Below are positions 1 to 9,006 of a stretch of DNA of 44,355 nt, in pieces. The DNA is taken from positions 625,781-670,135 of the forward strand of contig PBSN01000008.1 of NCBI GenBank assembly GCA_002726235.1. Direction: 5' to 3'. Positions within the stretch are counted from its first letter, which is position 1. The number at the start of each line of letters is the position of its first letter. The notes beneath the pieces are model-generated. The model was given only the letters and a program-made list of their open reading frames with translations. It was not told where the DNA came from and did no database searches. The stretch is from Nitrospiraceae bacterium (lineage in GTDB: Bacteria > Nitrospirota > Nitrospiria > Nitrospirales > UBA2166). Both the position numbers and the translations under genes were made by a program.

Positions 1-756
1 GCATAGGGCAACAAACCTCAACAATGATTCCGAAATTGAAAAACGAGCCACACGCCGTTGACAGATTCGCTCTACAGTATCGATGACATCATTCCAGCTA
101 TATCCGCCAGGATAGCCATCGTGGAATTCCACGACCCGAAGAGCGGAAAATGGATTCTCTAGACACATCACCACGGCATCCGCAAGATCATCCACGTACA
201 GCAATGAGAATCGTGCGTGATCATGACCAAGCTTCAGCGCAATACCTCTTCCCATCCACTCGAACAGCGGGCGCAACTCACGATCACCCGGTCCGTATAC
301 CGCCGGAGGCCGTAGCACCATCCACTCCATATCCCTCGCCAGTAACGCAAGTTGTGCTTCCCCTTGCAACTTACTCGTCGCATACGGAGACAGCACGGGC
401 TCACGAGCTGCCAAAGAAGACATCAGCAAGAAACGTGGAACCCTGGTTTGGTCACAAGAAGCTTGTAGGACGTTTTCGACACCATGGACATTCACGGACT
501 CGAAATCGGCCAAAGAAGCTCCACGAACAAGCCCGGCGCAGTGTACCACATCATCCACGCCTTCAACGAGGCGGCGGAGACTTCCAAAATCTGACAGATC
601 TCCTTCAACAAACTGGATTGGAATGGTAGCAAGATTGGCTGTCCGGGACGATGCACGCACAAGCGCACGAACAACCCAGCCCGCAGCATGAAACCTGTGT
701 GCTAATACATTGCCGATAAATCCCGTTGCCCCAGTTAAGGCAACTATCCTGGACAT
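1..756 (-). CDS. Extended SDR / NAD-dependent epimerase-dehydratase family protein, 3' end runs off the window (candidate ceramide reductase-like)
   Basis: Not in the ORF track; translated by hand from the ATG at 756. MSRIVALTGATGFIG (Rossmann GxxGxxG), HCAGLVRG, SSLAAREP..SPYATSK (catalytic YxxxK), LRPPAVYGPGD. No stop in the translated segments. Confidence 0.9.
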   Translation of the reverse strand, partial: MSRIVALTGATGFIGNVLAHRFHAAGWVVRALVRASSRTANLATIPIQFVEGDLSDFGSLRRLVEGVDDVVHCAGLVRGASLADFESVNVHGVENVLQASCDQTRVPRFLLMSSLAAREPVLSPYATSKLQGEAQLALLARDMEWMVLRPPAVYGPGDRELRPLFEWMGRGIALKLGHDHARFSLLYVDDLADAVVMCLENPFSALRVVEFHDGYPGGYSWNDVIDTVERICQRRVARFSISESLLRFVALC

Positions 757-839
757 GGAAAGAGCCTAGTAAAGCATCGGACAATCTGATTATTTTGTTT
801 GAAAAGGCATTGGTGCAGCACAGTTGGCAGAACAGCCCA

Positions 840-968
840 CAGGATGTTCACAAGGGCTTCCAAATGCGGCTACAGAAAGCGAACGATCGAGAAAGAAGTG
901 CACACGTTGAGATTCTGAACGATGCAAGAACAACGCGAAAGATCAGGTTTTTCTCAGCATCCTGCTAG
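840..968 (-). repeat. Degenerate ~125-bp interspersed element with terminal inverted repeats (MITE/REP-like), copy 1
   Basis: CAGGATGTT (840-848) and AGCATCCTG (956-964) are inverted termini with one mismatch, followed by CTAG. Lies immediately after the FAAL stop codon. Its terminus resembles that at 16030-16148. Confidence 0.55.
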
Positions 969-971
969 CGG

Positions 972-2774
972 TCACCCCGTAGCGCCACATTCACGTGCTA
1001 ATTCTGAAGAGGCATGTTTTGACTCGTTCGAGAAAAGCTGACCTCGGCGCTGAAGAAAGTCCTGCCGAGTCCGCGAGCGAGAAAGTTTACCCGATGACGT
1101 ACGAGGCAATGTGTGAGGACGGGCTAATTCAATAAAGCAGTTGATCCCAAGTTCCTCGCGGATCATACGCTGCAACCGATCAATGAGATTTCCTCCTTGG
1201 ATGCCGGTGAACTCACCGCATTGAACCACCATCATAGCCAACTCCTCACCATCCACACCTGAAACGGAAAATGCAGACGCGTCTCCAGGTCTGACTTCAG
1301 GTTGCTGTTCCGCCAAATATTCAAGATCCTGAGGCCAAATATTTCGCCCGTTGATGATAATGAGGTCCTTGATCCGGCCCGTGATGAAGAGATGTCCCTT
1401 GACACGATACCCAACATCTCCTGTATTCAGCCACCCATCAGGCGATAGAACCTCTTGTGTGGCATCCGCGTCCCCACAGTAACTCGTCATAATACTCGGT
1501 CCACGGAGAAAAATCGTTCCGCATTCTCTATCGCCTAATTCACGGCCCTCTTCATTGCGAATTTGAATTTCGTACTCCGGCAGGGGCTTTCCACAATTCA
1601 CGAAACTACTTACACCTGACCGATTTCCATCTCCAGTTCCATTGGGCGCGACTCGTGCCACCTGTCGCTCAGAGAGATAATCTCTATCAACACGATCGAT
1701 CTCAAGACCTTGAAACACCGGAGCAAAGCTTACGGCGAGAGAACATTCAGCCATGCCATAACATGCCATAAACGCGTTAGCATTGAATCCAGTCCCGTTA
1801 AGAGCCTTCGCAAAATTCGCTAATGATTCATGGCGAATCATTTCCGCGCCAGCGCCAGCAACTCGCCAACTTCGAAGATCAAGTGCCGTAGCATCTTCTT
1901 GCCGAAAACGACGCGTGCAGAGGTCATATCCAAATGTCGGACTAAAGGAAATCGTGGCGGAATTCTTCGCAATTAGGGAAAGCCATTGTCGCGGGCGCAT
2001 CGCAAAATCTCGTGGACTGAGGTAATCAGTAGAAAGCTGAGAAGCAACTGGACCAAGCACAAACCCCACGAGGCCCATGTCGTGATAGAACGGAAGCCAG
2101 GAAACGCAACGATCAAAAGATCGGACGGCGAGGCCGTGTTTTATGATACCAGAGAGGTTATTTAACACCGCCTGTTGGGTAATCATCACACCTCGAGGAA
2201 AGCGCGTACTCCCAGATGTATACTGGAGGTAGGCAACCTCGTCTGACCCAAGTGGGCTCAACGCGTTCGTGCCTTCGGAAAGTGCTCCAAAATCCTCTGG
2301 GCTACCGACAAATCGAAGATCCAATCCTTCAGAAGCCTCTGTAAGAAATGGCAGAAAAGCTAGAGGCGCCACTGCAACTGAGGCTTGGCAGATTACGAGC
2401 AAGGCCCGCAACTGTTCAACATACACAGATCGATTGGAGAGATGAATGAACGCCGGAAGCGGTACTGGCACCAAGCCTGCGTACTGGCAGGCAAAGAAAA
2501 ACCGTATAAAATCAGGACTAGTATCCGCAAGAAGAGCAACTCGTGTCCCACGCGGAAGTCCCAGACCTTGAAGACGGCGCGCCAACGTTTGTGCCTGTTC
2601 GCGCAATTCCGCATAGGAAACCACAGTATAAAGCTCACCTTTGCCGGTATAAAAGTTACACCCGGTCACACCTCGTGCGGCGTAGTCCAGCGCTTCTGAA
2701 AGATTGTCGAATTCGCCTGGCCGAAGCGGCACTCTGTTCTCGGTTGGAGTTGGCTTCATTTCATTAACCCTCAC
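972..2774 (-). CDS. Fatty acyl-AMP ligase / acyl-ACP synthetase-like adenylate-forming enzyme (start may be ATG 2759)
   Basis: AYLQYTSGSTRFPRGV (ATP-binding loop), WLPFYHDMGL, CYGMAE, TGD, GRIKDLII, LPRTSSGK; 600 aa. Confidence 0.9.
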   Translation of the reverse strand: MRVNEMKPTPTENRVPLRPGEFDNLSEALDYAARGVTGCNFYTGKGELYTVVSYAELREQAQTLARRLQGLGLPRGTRVALLADTSPDFIRFFFACQYAGLVPVPLPAFIHLSNRSVYVEQLRALLVICQASVAVAPLAFLPFLTEASEGLDLRFVGSPEDFGALSEGTNALSPLGSDEVAYLQYTSGSTRFPRGVMITQQAVLNNLSGIIKHGLAVRSFDRCVSWLPFYHDMGLVGFVLGPVASQLSTDYLSPRDFAMRPRQWLSLIAKNSATISFSPTFGYDLCTRRFRQEDATALDLRSWRVAGAGAEMIRHESLANFAKALNGTGFNANAFMACYGMAECSLAVSFAPVFQGLEIDRVDRDYLSERQVARVAPNGTGDGNRSGVSSFVNCGKPLPEYEIQIRNEEGRELGDRECGTIFLRGPSIMTSYCGDADATQEVLSPDGWLNTGDVGYRVKGHLFITGRIKDLIIINGRNIWPQDLEYLAEQQPEVRPGDASAFSVSGVDGEELAMMVVQCGEFTGIQGGNLIDRLQRMIREELGINCFIELARPHTLPRTSSGKLSRSRTRQDFLQRRGQLFSNESKHASSELARECGATG

Positions 2775-2803
2775 ACCCCCATTACATCAACACCGAAACT
2801 ATT

Positions 2804-2860
2804 CTTACAAAATAGGCATCTACAAAATAGGTACCATCTTACAAAACTTACAAAAATAGG
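2804..2860. repeat. Cluster of short direct repeats C(T)TACAAAA(A)TAGG upstream of the FAAL gene
   Basis: CTTACAAAATAGG 2804-2816, CTACAAAATAGG 2820-2831, CTTACAAAA 2838-2846, CTTACAAAAATAGG 2847-2860. Confidence 0.8.
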
Positions 2861-3186
2861 CGTTCAGCATCACCGAGAACGCACGTCGAAAAAAACGCTG
2901 CGCTACTTTATATATATTGCGCCAAAAACGCAACTAGTGACTCCACTACCCCCAACATATAGCGGTTGGATGATGTCCAAACCACTTGCCTCCGTATACA
3001 GCGTACGGGCGGAACAGAAAACACCTGCTGAAAATCTATAATGCCAAGGCGTTGGCCAAACAGCTACCAATGCCTTTGATGTCGTGACACGAGCGGGTGG
3101 AAGACCACCAGCGGACTGATCATGTAGTGGAAGGTGTGACTCTCAACATTCACTAGCAGGCTCTCAACATCCTCCTCAGAGAGGAA

Positions 3187-3957
3187 TTAATGACTTTGGT
3201 TTTTCCGATACAGTAGTTCTAGACCTTCAAGCGTCAACAAATCTCGGACCTCGTCAATCGTTCCCGAAACCGGAGCAATGAGCGCTGCCTGCCCGCCGGT
3301 CGCAACAACGAAACATTCTTTCCCTAGATTCAGTTTTATTCGTCGAACGATCCCATCGACCATCCCCGCAAACCCATAGATAAGACCCGATTGCACACTC
3401 GAGGCTGTGTTGTGCCCGATAACCTCTTTGGGAAGAGTCAATTCCACACTTGAAAGCTTAGCAGCCCGCTTGGCAAGAGCGTCTGCTGAGATCCGAACTC
3501 CGGGAGCAATGGCACCGCCAAGATACTCTCCAAGCTCCGTAACCACGCAAAAGGTAATCGCCGTTCCAAAGTCCACAATGATAACTGGTCCTCCAAACCG
3601 AGCATAAGCAGCAGCGGCGTTCACAATACGATCGGAACCGATTTCTTGAGGTTGTTCAAAACGAAACGTAAGCCCGGTATTCAAATCGGATGATACAATA
3701 AGTGGTACAGCCTGAAAGTAGTCCTGTGACATCTGTTCGAGCACGGGTGTCAGCGGAGGAACCACACTGGACAGAATCACGGAACGAATAGGCAATGATT
3801 CAACACCACGAGCATTTAAAATATCGAGGAACGTAATGCCATATTCATCGGCTGTTCTGGCGCGATCGGTTGCCACCCGCCAGTCTGCAACTAACCGAAC
3901 CCCATCAAAAACTCCGCTGATAGTACTGGTATTGCCAATGTCAATTGCGAGAAGCAT
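3187..3957 (-). CDS. coaX: Type III pantothenate kinase
   Basis: LAIDIGNT, SSVVP, IGSDRIVN, VDFGTA, YLGGAIAPG, ATGG motifs; follows birA. Confidence 0.95.
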   Translation of the reverse strand: MLLAIDIGNTSTISGVFDGVRLVADWRVATDRARTADEYGITFLDILNARGVESLPIRSVILSSVVPPLTPVLEQMSQDYFQAVPLIVSSDLNTGLTFRFEQPQEIGSDRIVNAAAAYARFGGPVIIVDFGTAITFCVVTELGEYLGGAIAPGVRISADALAKRAAKLSSVELTLPKEVIGHNTASSVQSGLIYGFAGMVDGIVRRIKLNLGKECFVVATGGQAALIAPVSGTIDEVRDLLTLEGLELLYRKNQSH

Positions 3958-4085
3958 AGCGCAGAAGTTAGAAATAAAAAATCAAAAACACTACTCTCAC
4001 ATAGCCAAAAAAAACAGTGTTCCCCATTCCAGCCTTGCGCTCATATTCCCATATCTTCACTGGACTCTGAACGCTTCTTCTCTAT

Positions 4086-4832
4086 CTACCTCAGGTGTAC
4101 TATATCCGCACTGCGAATGATCGCCATGTCCCCTTGACCACGTCGCAGTCGTAACGATCCGTCCAATTCAATACCATCTGCCCAACCATCGACAGGCCCC
4201 CCAACGGGAAGATATGCAATAACTCTACGACCGATGGTATCAGAAATACTGAGATATTCATGGATAATATCTGACATACCATCATTCCAGAACTTCTGAT
4301 ACTGCACGTTAAGCTCACCACTCAATCTTGTGAGGAACTGGTTGCGATCGATCGACTCAGCAACATGCTCCGACAGCGACGTCGTCGTGCAGTAAAGAGA
4401 GGATGGCAACGACGCCTTGGACATATTGACGTTCACACCAATACCCAGAATAACGCTTTGAATCTCGCCATTATTGGATACAGTTTCCGCTAAAACTCCA
4501 GCCACCTTTTGTCTCCCAATTAATACATCATTGGGCCACTTAATCCGCGCGTTTAGTTTGGTTTTGGTTTGTATCGCGGATGCGATAGCCATAGAAGCGA
4601 TCAATGGGATCCATGAGATCCATTCTCGATTTCCCGCCCGCAAGATGTACGAACAATACAGGTTAACGCCAGACGGCGAGATCCACTCTCGACCAAGTCG
4701 CCCCCGTCCCCGTGTTTGTGCATCGGCAACTACCAGTGTTCCTTCCGAGGCTCCCTCATGGTAAAGGTCAAGAGCAACCGCATTTGTCGACGTCACCTCT
4801 TCAAAGCGATGGATTGGTTGTCCTAGTACCAT
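4086..4832 (-). CDS. birA: Biotin-[acetyl-CoA-carboxylase] ligase, monofunctional (no N-terminal HTH)
   Basis: STN, QTRGRGRLGREW, KWPND, KVAGVL, GIGVNVN; 248 aa. Confidence 0.93.
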   Translation of the reverse strand: MVLGQPIHRFEEVTSTNAVALDLYHEGASEGTLVVADAQTRGRGRLGREWISPSGVNLYCSYILRAGNREWISWIPLIASMAIASAIQTKTKLNARIKWPNDVLIGRQKVAGVLAETVSNNGEIQSVILGIGVNVNMSKASLPSSLYCTTTSLSEHVAESIDRNQFLTRLSGELNVQYQKFWNDGMSDIIHEYLSISDTIGRRVIAYLPVGGPVDGWADGIELDGSLRLRRGQGDMAIIRSADIVHLR

Positions 4833-4860
4833 GAACTCCCTTGATTACATCTGGGTATCA

Positions 4861-5742
4861 TTATGCACCGGCTTGTTTCGGCACATGCGGCACGAGATAG
4901 AGACTCATAGGAGAAGCTGGTGCCGACTGCGTCAGAGCGCCTATGGATACAATGTCTGGCCCCGCTGCCGCGTACCACAGAACGTTGTCCAAGGTTATTC
5001 CTCCGGAAACTTCAAGTATCGTCTTCCCTTTCGCCAATTTTACGGCCGCCTCAACGTCTGCGACGGTCATGTTATCCAACAAAACAATATCCGCTTTCCC
5101 ATCAAGCGCAGCCTGAAGTTGATCCAAGGAATCGATTTCAACTTCAATCTGTAGTCCAGAATCGACATACTCTCGAGCCTGTCGACACGCAAGCCCCACA
5201 TCACCTCCACAGATCGCGAGATGGTTGTCCTTAATGAGAACCCCATCACCCAAATTCTGGCGGTGTGCCCCTCCTCCCCCAATAGTAACTGCCCACTTCT
5301 CCAAAGATCGCAAACCTGGCGTCGTCTTACGTGTTGCAGCAATCTGAACCGAGTATGCCCTAACTAAATCGCAGAACTTTGACGTCAGAGTTGCAATACC
5401 TGAGAGATGTTGAAGGAAATTCAGCGCAACCCGCTCCCCCGCGAGAATCGCACGACTATTTCCCGTCAGGGTGAAGATCACAGCACCAGGAGCAAGTTTG
5501 TCACCATCAGACGCCACAGGACAGAAATTCATGTCGGAATTGAGCGATTGGAAGACACCTCTGGCAAGTTCAACCCCCGCAACGATACAAAATGCTTCTG
5601 CATAAACTGTAGCCATCGACTCACTTGCAGAATCGATAATGGCCGTTGAGGTGATATCACCAGCCCCGACATCCTCCGCAAGTGCGTGCGCCACTGAGTG
5701 GCGAATCAACTGTTCTGAAAGAGTTGGAGGCAACACGTTCAT
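4861..5742 (-). CDS. nadC: Nicotinate-nucleotide diphosphorylase (quinolinate phosphoribosyltransferase)
   Basis: EDVGAGDIT, ERVALNFLQHLSGIAT, TRKTTPGLR, IKDNH, LLDNM, SGGI. Confidence 0.95.
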   Translation of the reverse strand: MNVLPPTLSEQLIRHSVAHALAEDVGAGDITSTAIIDSASESMATVYAEAFCIVAGVELARGVFQSLNSDMNFCPVASDGDKLAPGAVIFTLTGNSRAILAGERVALNFLQHLSGIATLTSKFCDLVRAYSVQIAATRKTTPGLRSLEKWAVTIGGGGAHRQNLGDGVLIKDNHLAICGGDVGLACRQAREYVDSGLQIEVEIDSLDQLQAALDGKADIVLLDNMTVADVEAAVKLAKGKTILEVSGGITLDNVLWYAAAGPDIVSIGALTQSAPASPMSLYLVPHVPKQAGA

Positions 5743-5818
5743 GTTTAAGCCTGTGCGGCCTTTAGATTGATCACCGTGACATCGCAGGCACAGACGAAAA
5801 TTTCGCGTAGGAGAGCAA

Positions 5819-8566
5819 TTAGTCCTGGAGTCGGCTCAATTCCAGCGAAATCTTGTCACACTCGGCCCGAAGCTCATGCTGTTTTGCTTGTTCCTTTTGC
5901 ACAACTGCAACCGGTGCGTTTGCAGTAAAAACAGCATTGCTCAGCTTTTTCTCCGCACGATCAAGATCAGCACGGAGTACAGCCAGGCGCTTTTCAAGCC
6001 GAATTCGTTCTTTGGTAAAGTCGACCAGCCCATCAAGCAATATATAGACATCAGCAACCTTAGTAACTTGGCTGCCATACTTTCCCTGAGGCTTTGCTAA
6101 GGATGTCCCTATCTGCAGTGAGTCAATCCGCCCCATTTCTTGAATCCGTGCTGTGTGACTTAATAAGACAGCCTGGGATTCCTCATTTGCAGGAATGGCC
6201 ACCACATCAGGAAGGACTTTTCTAGGCGGAACCCCGTAGGTAGACCGTAGCACGCGAATGCTCGAAATAACATCAATCACCGCGCTCATAGCCGTCTCAA
6301 CATCCATATCGGCCTTGCTTTCATCCTGCAGAGGATATGCGCTCACCATGACATGCTCAGCCTCACCCGGTTGGTGCTGAAGGGTGGACCACAATTCCTC
6401 GGTCAGAAATGGCATAAAGGGATGCAACAGTCGCACGATGCATTGGAGAACATCCAGCATCGTCTGAACCGTTTCATTACGACGCACCTCCGATTCACCA
6501 GCGCTACCCTGTTGCTTTAGATCAGGCTTTGAAAATTCGATATACCAATCACAAAACTCATGCCAAACAAACTGGTACAGGCGATTAGCTGCCTCATCGA
6601 AACGATACGCGCCAAGAGACGTATTCACGTCCCCGATACACCGATGTAGGCGACTCACAATCCAGAGGTTGATCTGCGAATCGATCTTTGCACTCTCGAC
6701 GTACGCAAATCCGTCCGGCACGTTGTCCAGAGCAAAACGCGTTGCATTCCAGAGTTTATTAGCAAAGTTTCGATAGCCTTCAATGCGTTCAGAGGCAAGT
6801 TTGATGTCTCTGCCAGGCGACGCCATCGCAGCCAAGGTAAAGCGGAGTGCATCGGTTCCATACTCACCCATCACGCTCAACGGATCGATGATATTTCCCT
6901 TTGACTTGCTCATCTTTTGCCCTTCAGCATCACGAACAAGGGCATGAACGTAGACATCGTGGAAAGGGATTGCGTTCTGAAATCGAAGTCCCATCATGAT
7001 CATTCGTGCAATCCAGAAAAACAAAATATCGAAGCCGGTGACCAAAACGGTCGTTGGGTAAAAGATCTGCAGCATCTGCTCGGCCTCACCCGCGCACCCG
7101 GAGTTGTGTTGGTGTTCAGCCGGCCACCCAAGCGTAGAGAAAGGCCACAGTGCTGACGAAAACCAAGTATCAAGAACGTCCGGATCCTGCAAGATATTGA
7201 ATCCAGCACATTTTGGACAACATTCGGGATCGCTTCGTTGGATGATGGGAGCCACATGGGCTAAATCACAGTCCTCACAATACCAAGCAGGAATCTGATG
7301 CCCCCACCAGATTTGTCGCGAAATACACCAGTCTTTGATATCGCGCATCCAGGCAAGATAATTGTTCTCCCAGCCTTTGGGAACAAACCGAATGTCGCCG
7401 GATTCAACCGCTCTAATCGCGGGCTCCGCAAGCGGCTGGATCTTCACATACCATTGCGGCGAAAGAAACGGTTCCACAATAGTCCGACATCGATAACACT
7501 TCCCAATCGAGTGTTTGTGCGCTTCGGTATTGATCAGAAAACCGCGCTCGTCAAGAAAAGCAAGAATTTGTTTTCTCGCCTCAACAACAGATTTGCCTTG
7601 AACGCTACGAAGCACTTCATCATCTACATCGGACAGCTGAGTTGGATCGACCCGCGCGTGCTTATCAAGGATCGAAATCTCATTGAGATGATTTCGAAGC
7701 CCAGCTTCATAGTCGTTGAAATCATGGCCTGGTGTGATTTTGACCGCACCAGTACCAAACGTTCGGTCAACCAAAATTGAATCGGTGACAATCGGAATCG
7801 TTCGACCCGTCAGCGGAAGACGGATGGATTTCCCAACTAAGTGGAAATAGCGGGTATCCTCCGGGTGCACTCCGACTGCAGTATCTCCAAGCATTGTTTC
7901 GGGGCGGGTGGTCGCAATAATAAGCACATGATCTCCACTTCCATCAATTGGATAGCGAATGGAATAGAGCGATCCATTGGTCTCTTCATGTTCGACTTCA
8001 ATATCGGCCAGGGCCGTGAGGCACCTCGGACACCAATGAATCAGACGCGTGCCGCGATAAATGAGGCCATCCTCATAAAGCCGAACAAACACCTCGCGAA
8101 CGGCTTTGGAAAGCCCCTCGTCTAATGTAAATCGAAGCCGAGACCAATCACAGGAAACACCTAAAGACCTCAACTGATTGAGAATCGTTTCTCCGTATTT
8201 CGCTTTCCACTCCCACACTCTTTTGACAAACGCTTCACGCCCTAATTTTTCTCGACTCGTTCCCTCCTTGAAAAGTTGCCGTTCGACCACGTTCTGCGTG
8301 GCGATTCCAGCGTGATCTGTCCCTGGAAGCCAGAGGACATTGAATCCACGCATGCGAAACCATCGTACGAGAATATCTTGGATCGTGCTGTTCAACGCAT
8401 GCCCCATGTGGAGCGCGCCAGTGATATTGGGAGGAGGAATTACAATCGAAAAAGAAGGAGATGGAGACTCGAGGTTCGCCTGAAAGTAGCCTCGATCTTC
8501 CCAGATCTGATACCACTTTTTCTCCACATCCTGCGGTTGGTAAGTTTTTCTAAGCGTCGGCATCAT
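5819..8566 (-). CDS. valS: Valine--tRNA ligase
   Basis: PPPNITGALHMGH (HIGH motif), DWCISRQIWWGH, KMSKS, C-terminal coiled coil; 915 aa. Confidence 0.98.
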   Translation of the reverse strand: MMPTLRKTYQPQDVEKKWYQIWEDRGYFQANLESPSPSFSIVIPPPNITGALHMGHALNSTIQDILVRWFRMRGFNVLWLPGTDHAGIATQNVVERQLFKEGTSREKLGREAFVKRVWEWKAKYGETILNQLRSLGVSCDWSRLRFTLDEGLSKAVREVFVRLYEDGLIYRGTRLIHWCPRCLTALADIEVEHEETNGSLYSIRYPIDGSGDHVLIIATTRPETMLGDTAVGVHPEDTRYFHLVGKSIRLPLTGRTIPIVTDSILVDRTFGTGAVKITPGHDFNDYEAGLRNHLNEISILDKHARVDPTQLSDVDDEVLRSVQGKSVVEARKQILAFLDERGFLINTEAHKHSIGKCYRCRTIVEPFLSPQWYVKIQPLAEPAIRAVESGDIRFVPKGWENNYLAWMRDIKDWCISRQIWWGHQIPAWYCEDCDLAHVAPIIQRSDPECCPKCAGFNILQDPDVLDTWFSSALWPFSTLGWPAEHQHNSGCAGEAEQMLQIFYPTTVLVTGFDILFFWIARMIMMGLRFQNAIPFHDVYVHALVRDAEGQKMSKSKGNIIDPLSVMGEYGTDALRFTLAAMASPGRDIKLASERIEGYRNFANKLWNATRFALDNVPDGFAYVESAKIDSQINLWIVSRLHRCIGDVNTSLGAYRFDEAANRLYQFVWHEFCDWYIEFSKPDLKQQGSAGESEVRRNETVQTMLDVLQCIVRLLHPFMPFLTEELWSTLQHQPGEAEHVMVSAYPLQDESKADMDVETAMSAVIDVISSIRVLRSTYGVPPRKVLPDVVAIPANEESQAVLLSHTARIQEMGRIDSLQIGTSLAKPQGKYGSQVTKVADVYILLDGLVDFTKERIRLEKRLAVLRADLDRAEKKLSNAVFTANAPVAVVQKEQAKQHELRAECDKISLELSRLQD

Positions 8567-8688
8567 TCACTGACCTATAACGTACAAAACGGCGAAAAAC
8601 GGTTAGTTGTAGGTTGTAGCACGGCATCTTTAATCAAGACAAGACGGGCGTTAAGAACAAGAACATGTGAAAATGCTGTTCGAAATCC

Positions 8689-8718
8689 TTGACAGCGCAT
8701 TCATGTCCAGAATAGCAT
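8689..8718 (+). promoter_or_regulatory. Putative sigma70 promoter for the YHS-domain gene
   Basis: TTGACA 8689-8694, 18-bp spacer, TAGCAT 8713-8718; GAGGT SD then ATG at 8739. Confidence 0.5.
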
Positions 8719-8738
8719 AGGGGTAATTGAGGTCTGAC

Positions 8739-8999
8739 ATGGGAATACGTTTAGTCATAATCCTCATCCTCCTAGTGGTCTTGTATTACCTAGGCAAGCA
8801 GGTATACCAATTGTTGCTTGGTTCAGGAAAACCAACCGACAAGCCGGGAGCGATCAGCGCAGGCGTCGATCTCACCCAAGACCCGGTCTGCCTAACCTAT
8901 GTCTCGAAGGCACGCGCCATCAGCACCAAGCGCAATGGCGAAACTCACTACTTCTGCAGTGAACATTGTGCCGCTGAGTTCGAGAATCGCGCAGCCTAA
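8739..8999 (+). CDS. Membrane-anchored YHS/TRASH domain protein
   Basis: N-terminal hydrophobic helix IRLVIILILLVVLYYL; DPVC...YFCSEHC motif. ATG at 8739 has an SD and is in frame with ORF 8727. Confidence 0.85.
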   Translation: MGIRLVIILILLVVLYYLGKQVYQLLLGSGKPTDKPGAISAGVDLTQDPVCLTYVSKARAISTKRNGETHYFCSEHCAAEFENRAA

Positions 9000-9006
9000 C
9001 CTCTAC

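Noticed and set aside
150..629. 159-aa plus-strand ORF
   Set aside because: Antisense shadow of the edge-truncated SDR on the minus strand (1-756), which has clear catalytic motifs.
2804..2860. Short direct repeats as a mini-CRISPR
   Set aside because: Units are only 9-14 nt with 0-6 nt between them; no spacer-length unique sequences and no cas genes.
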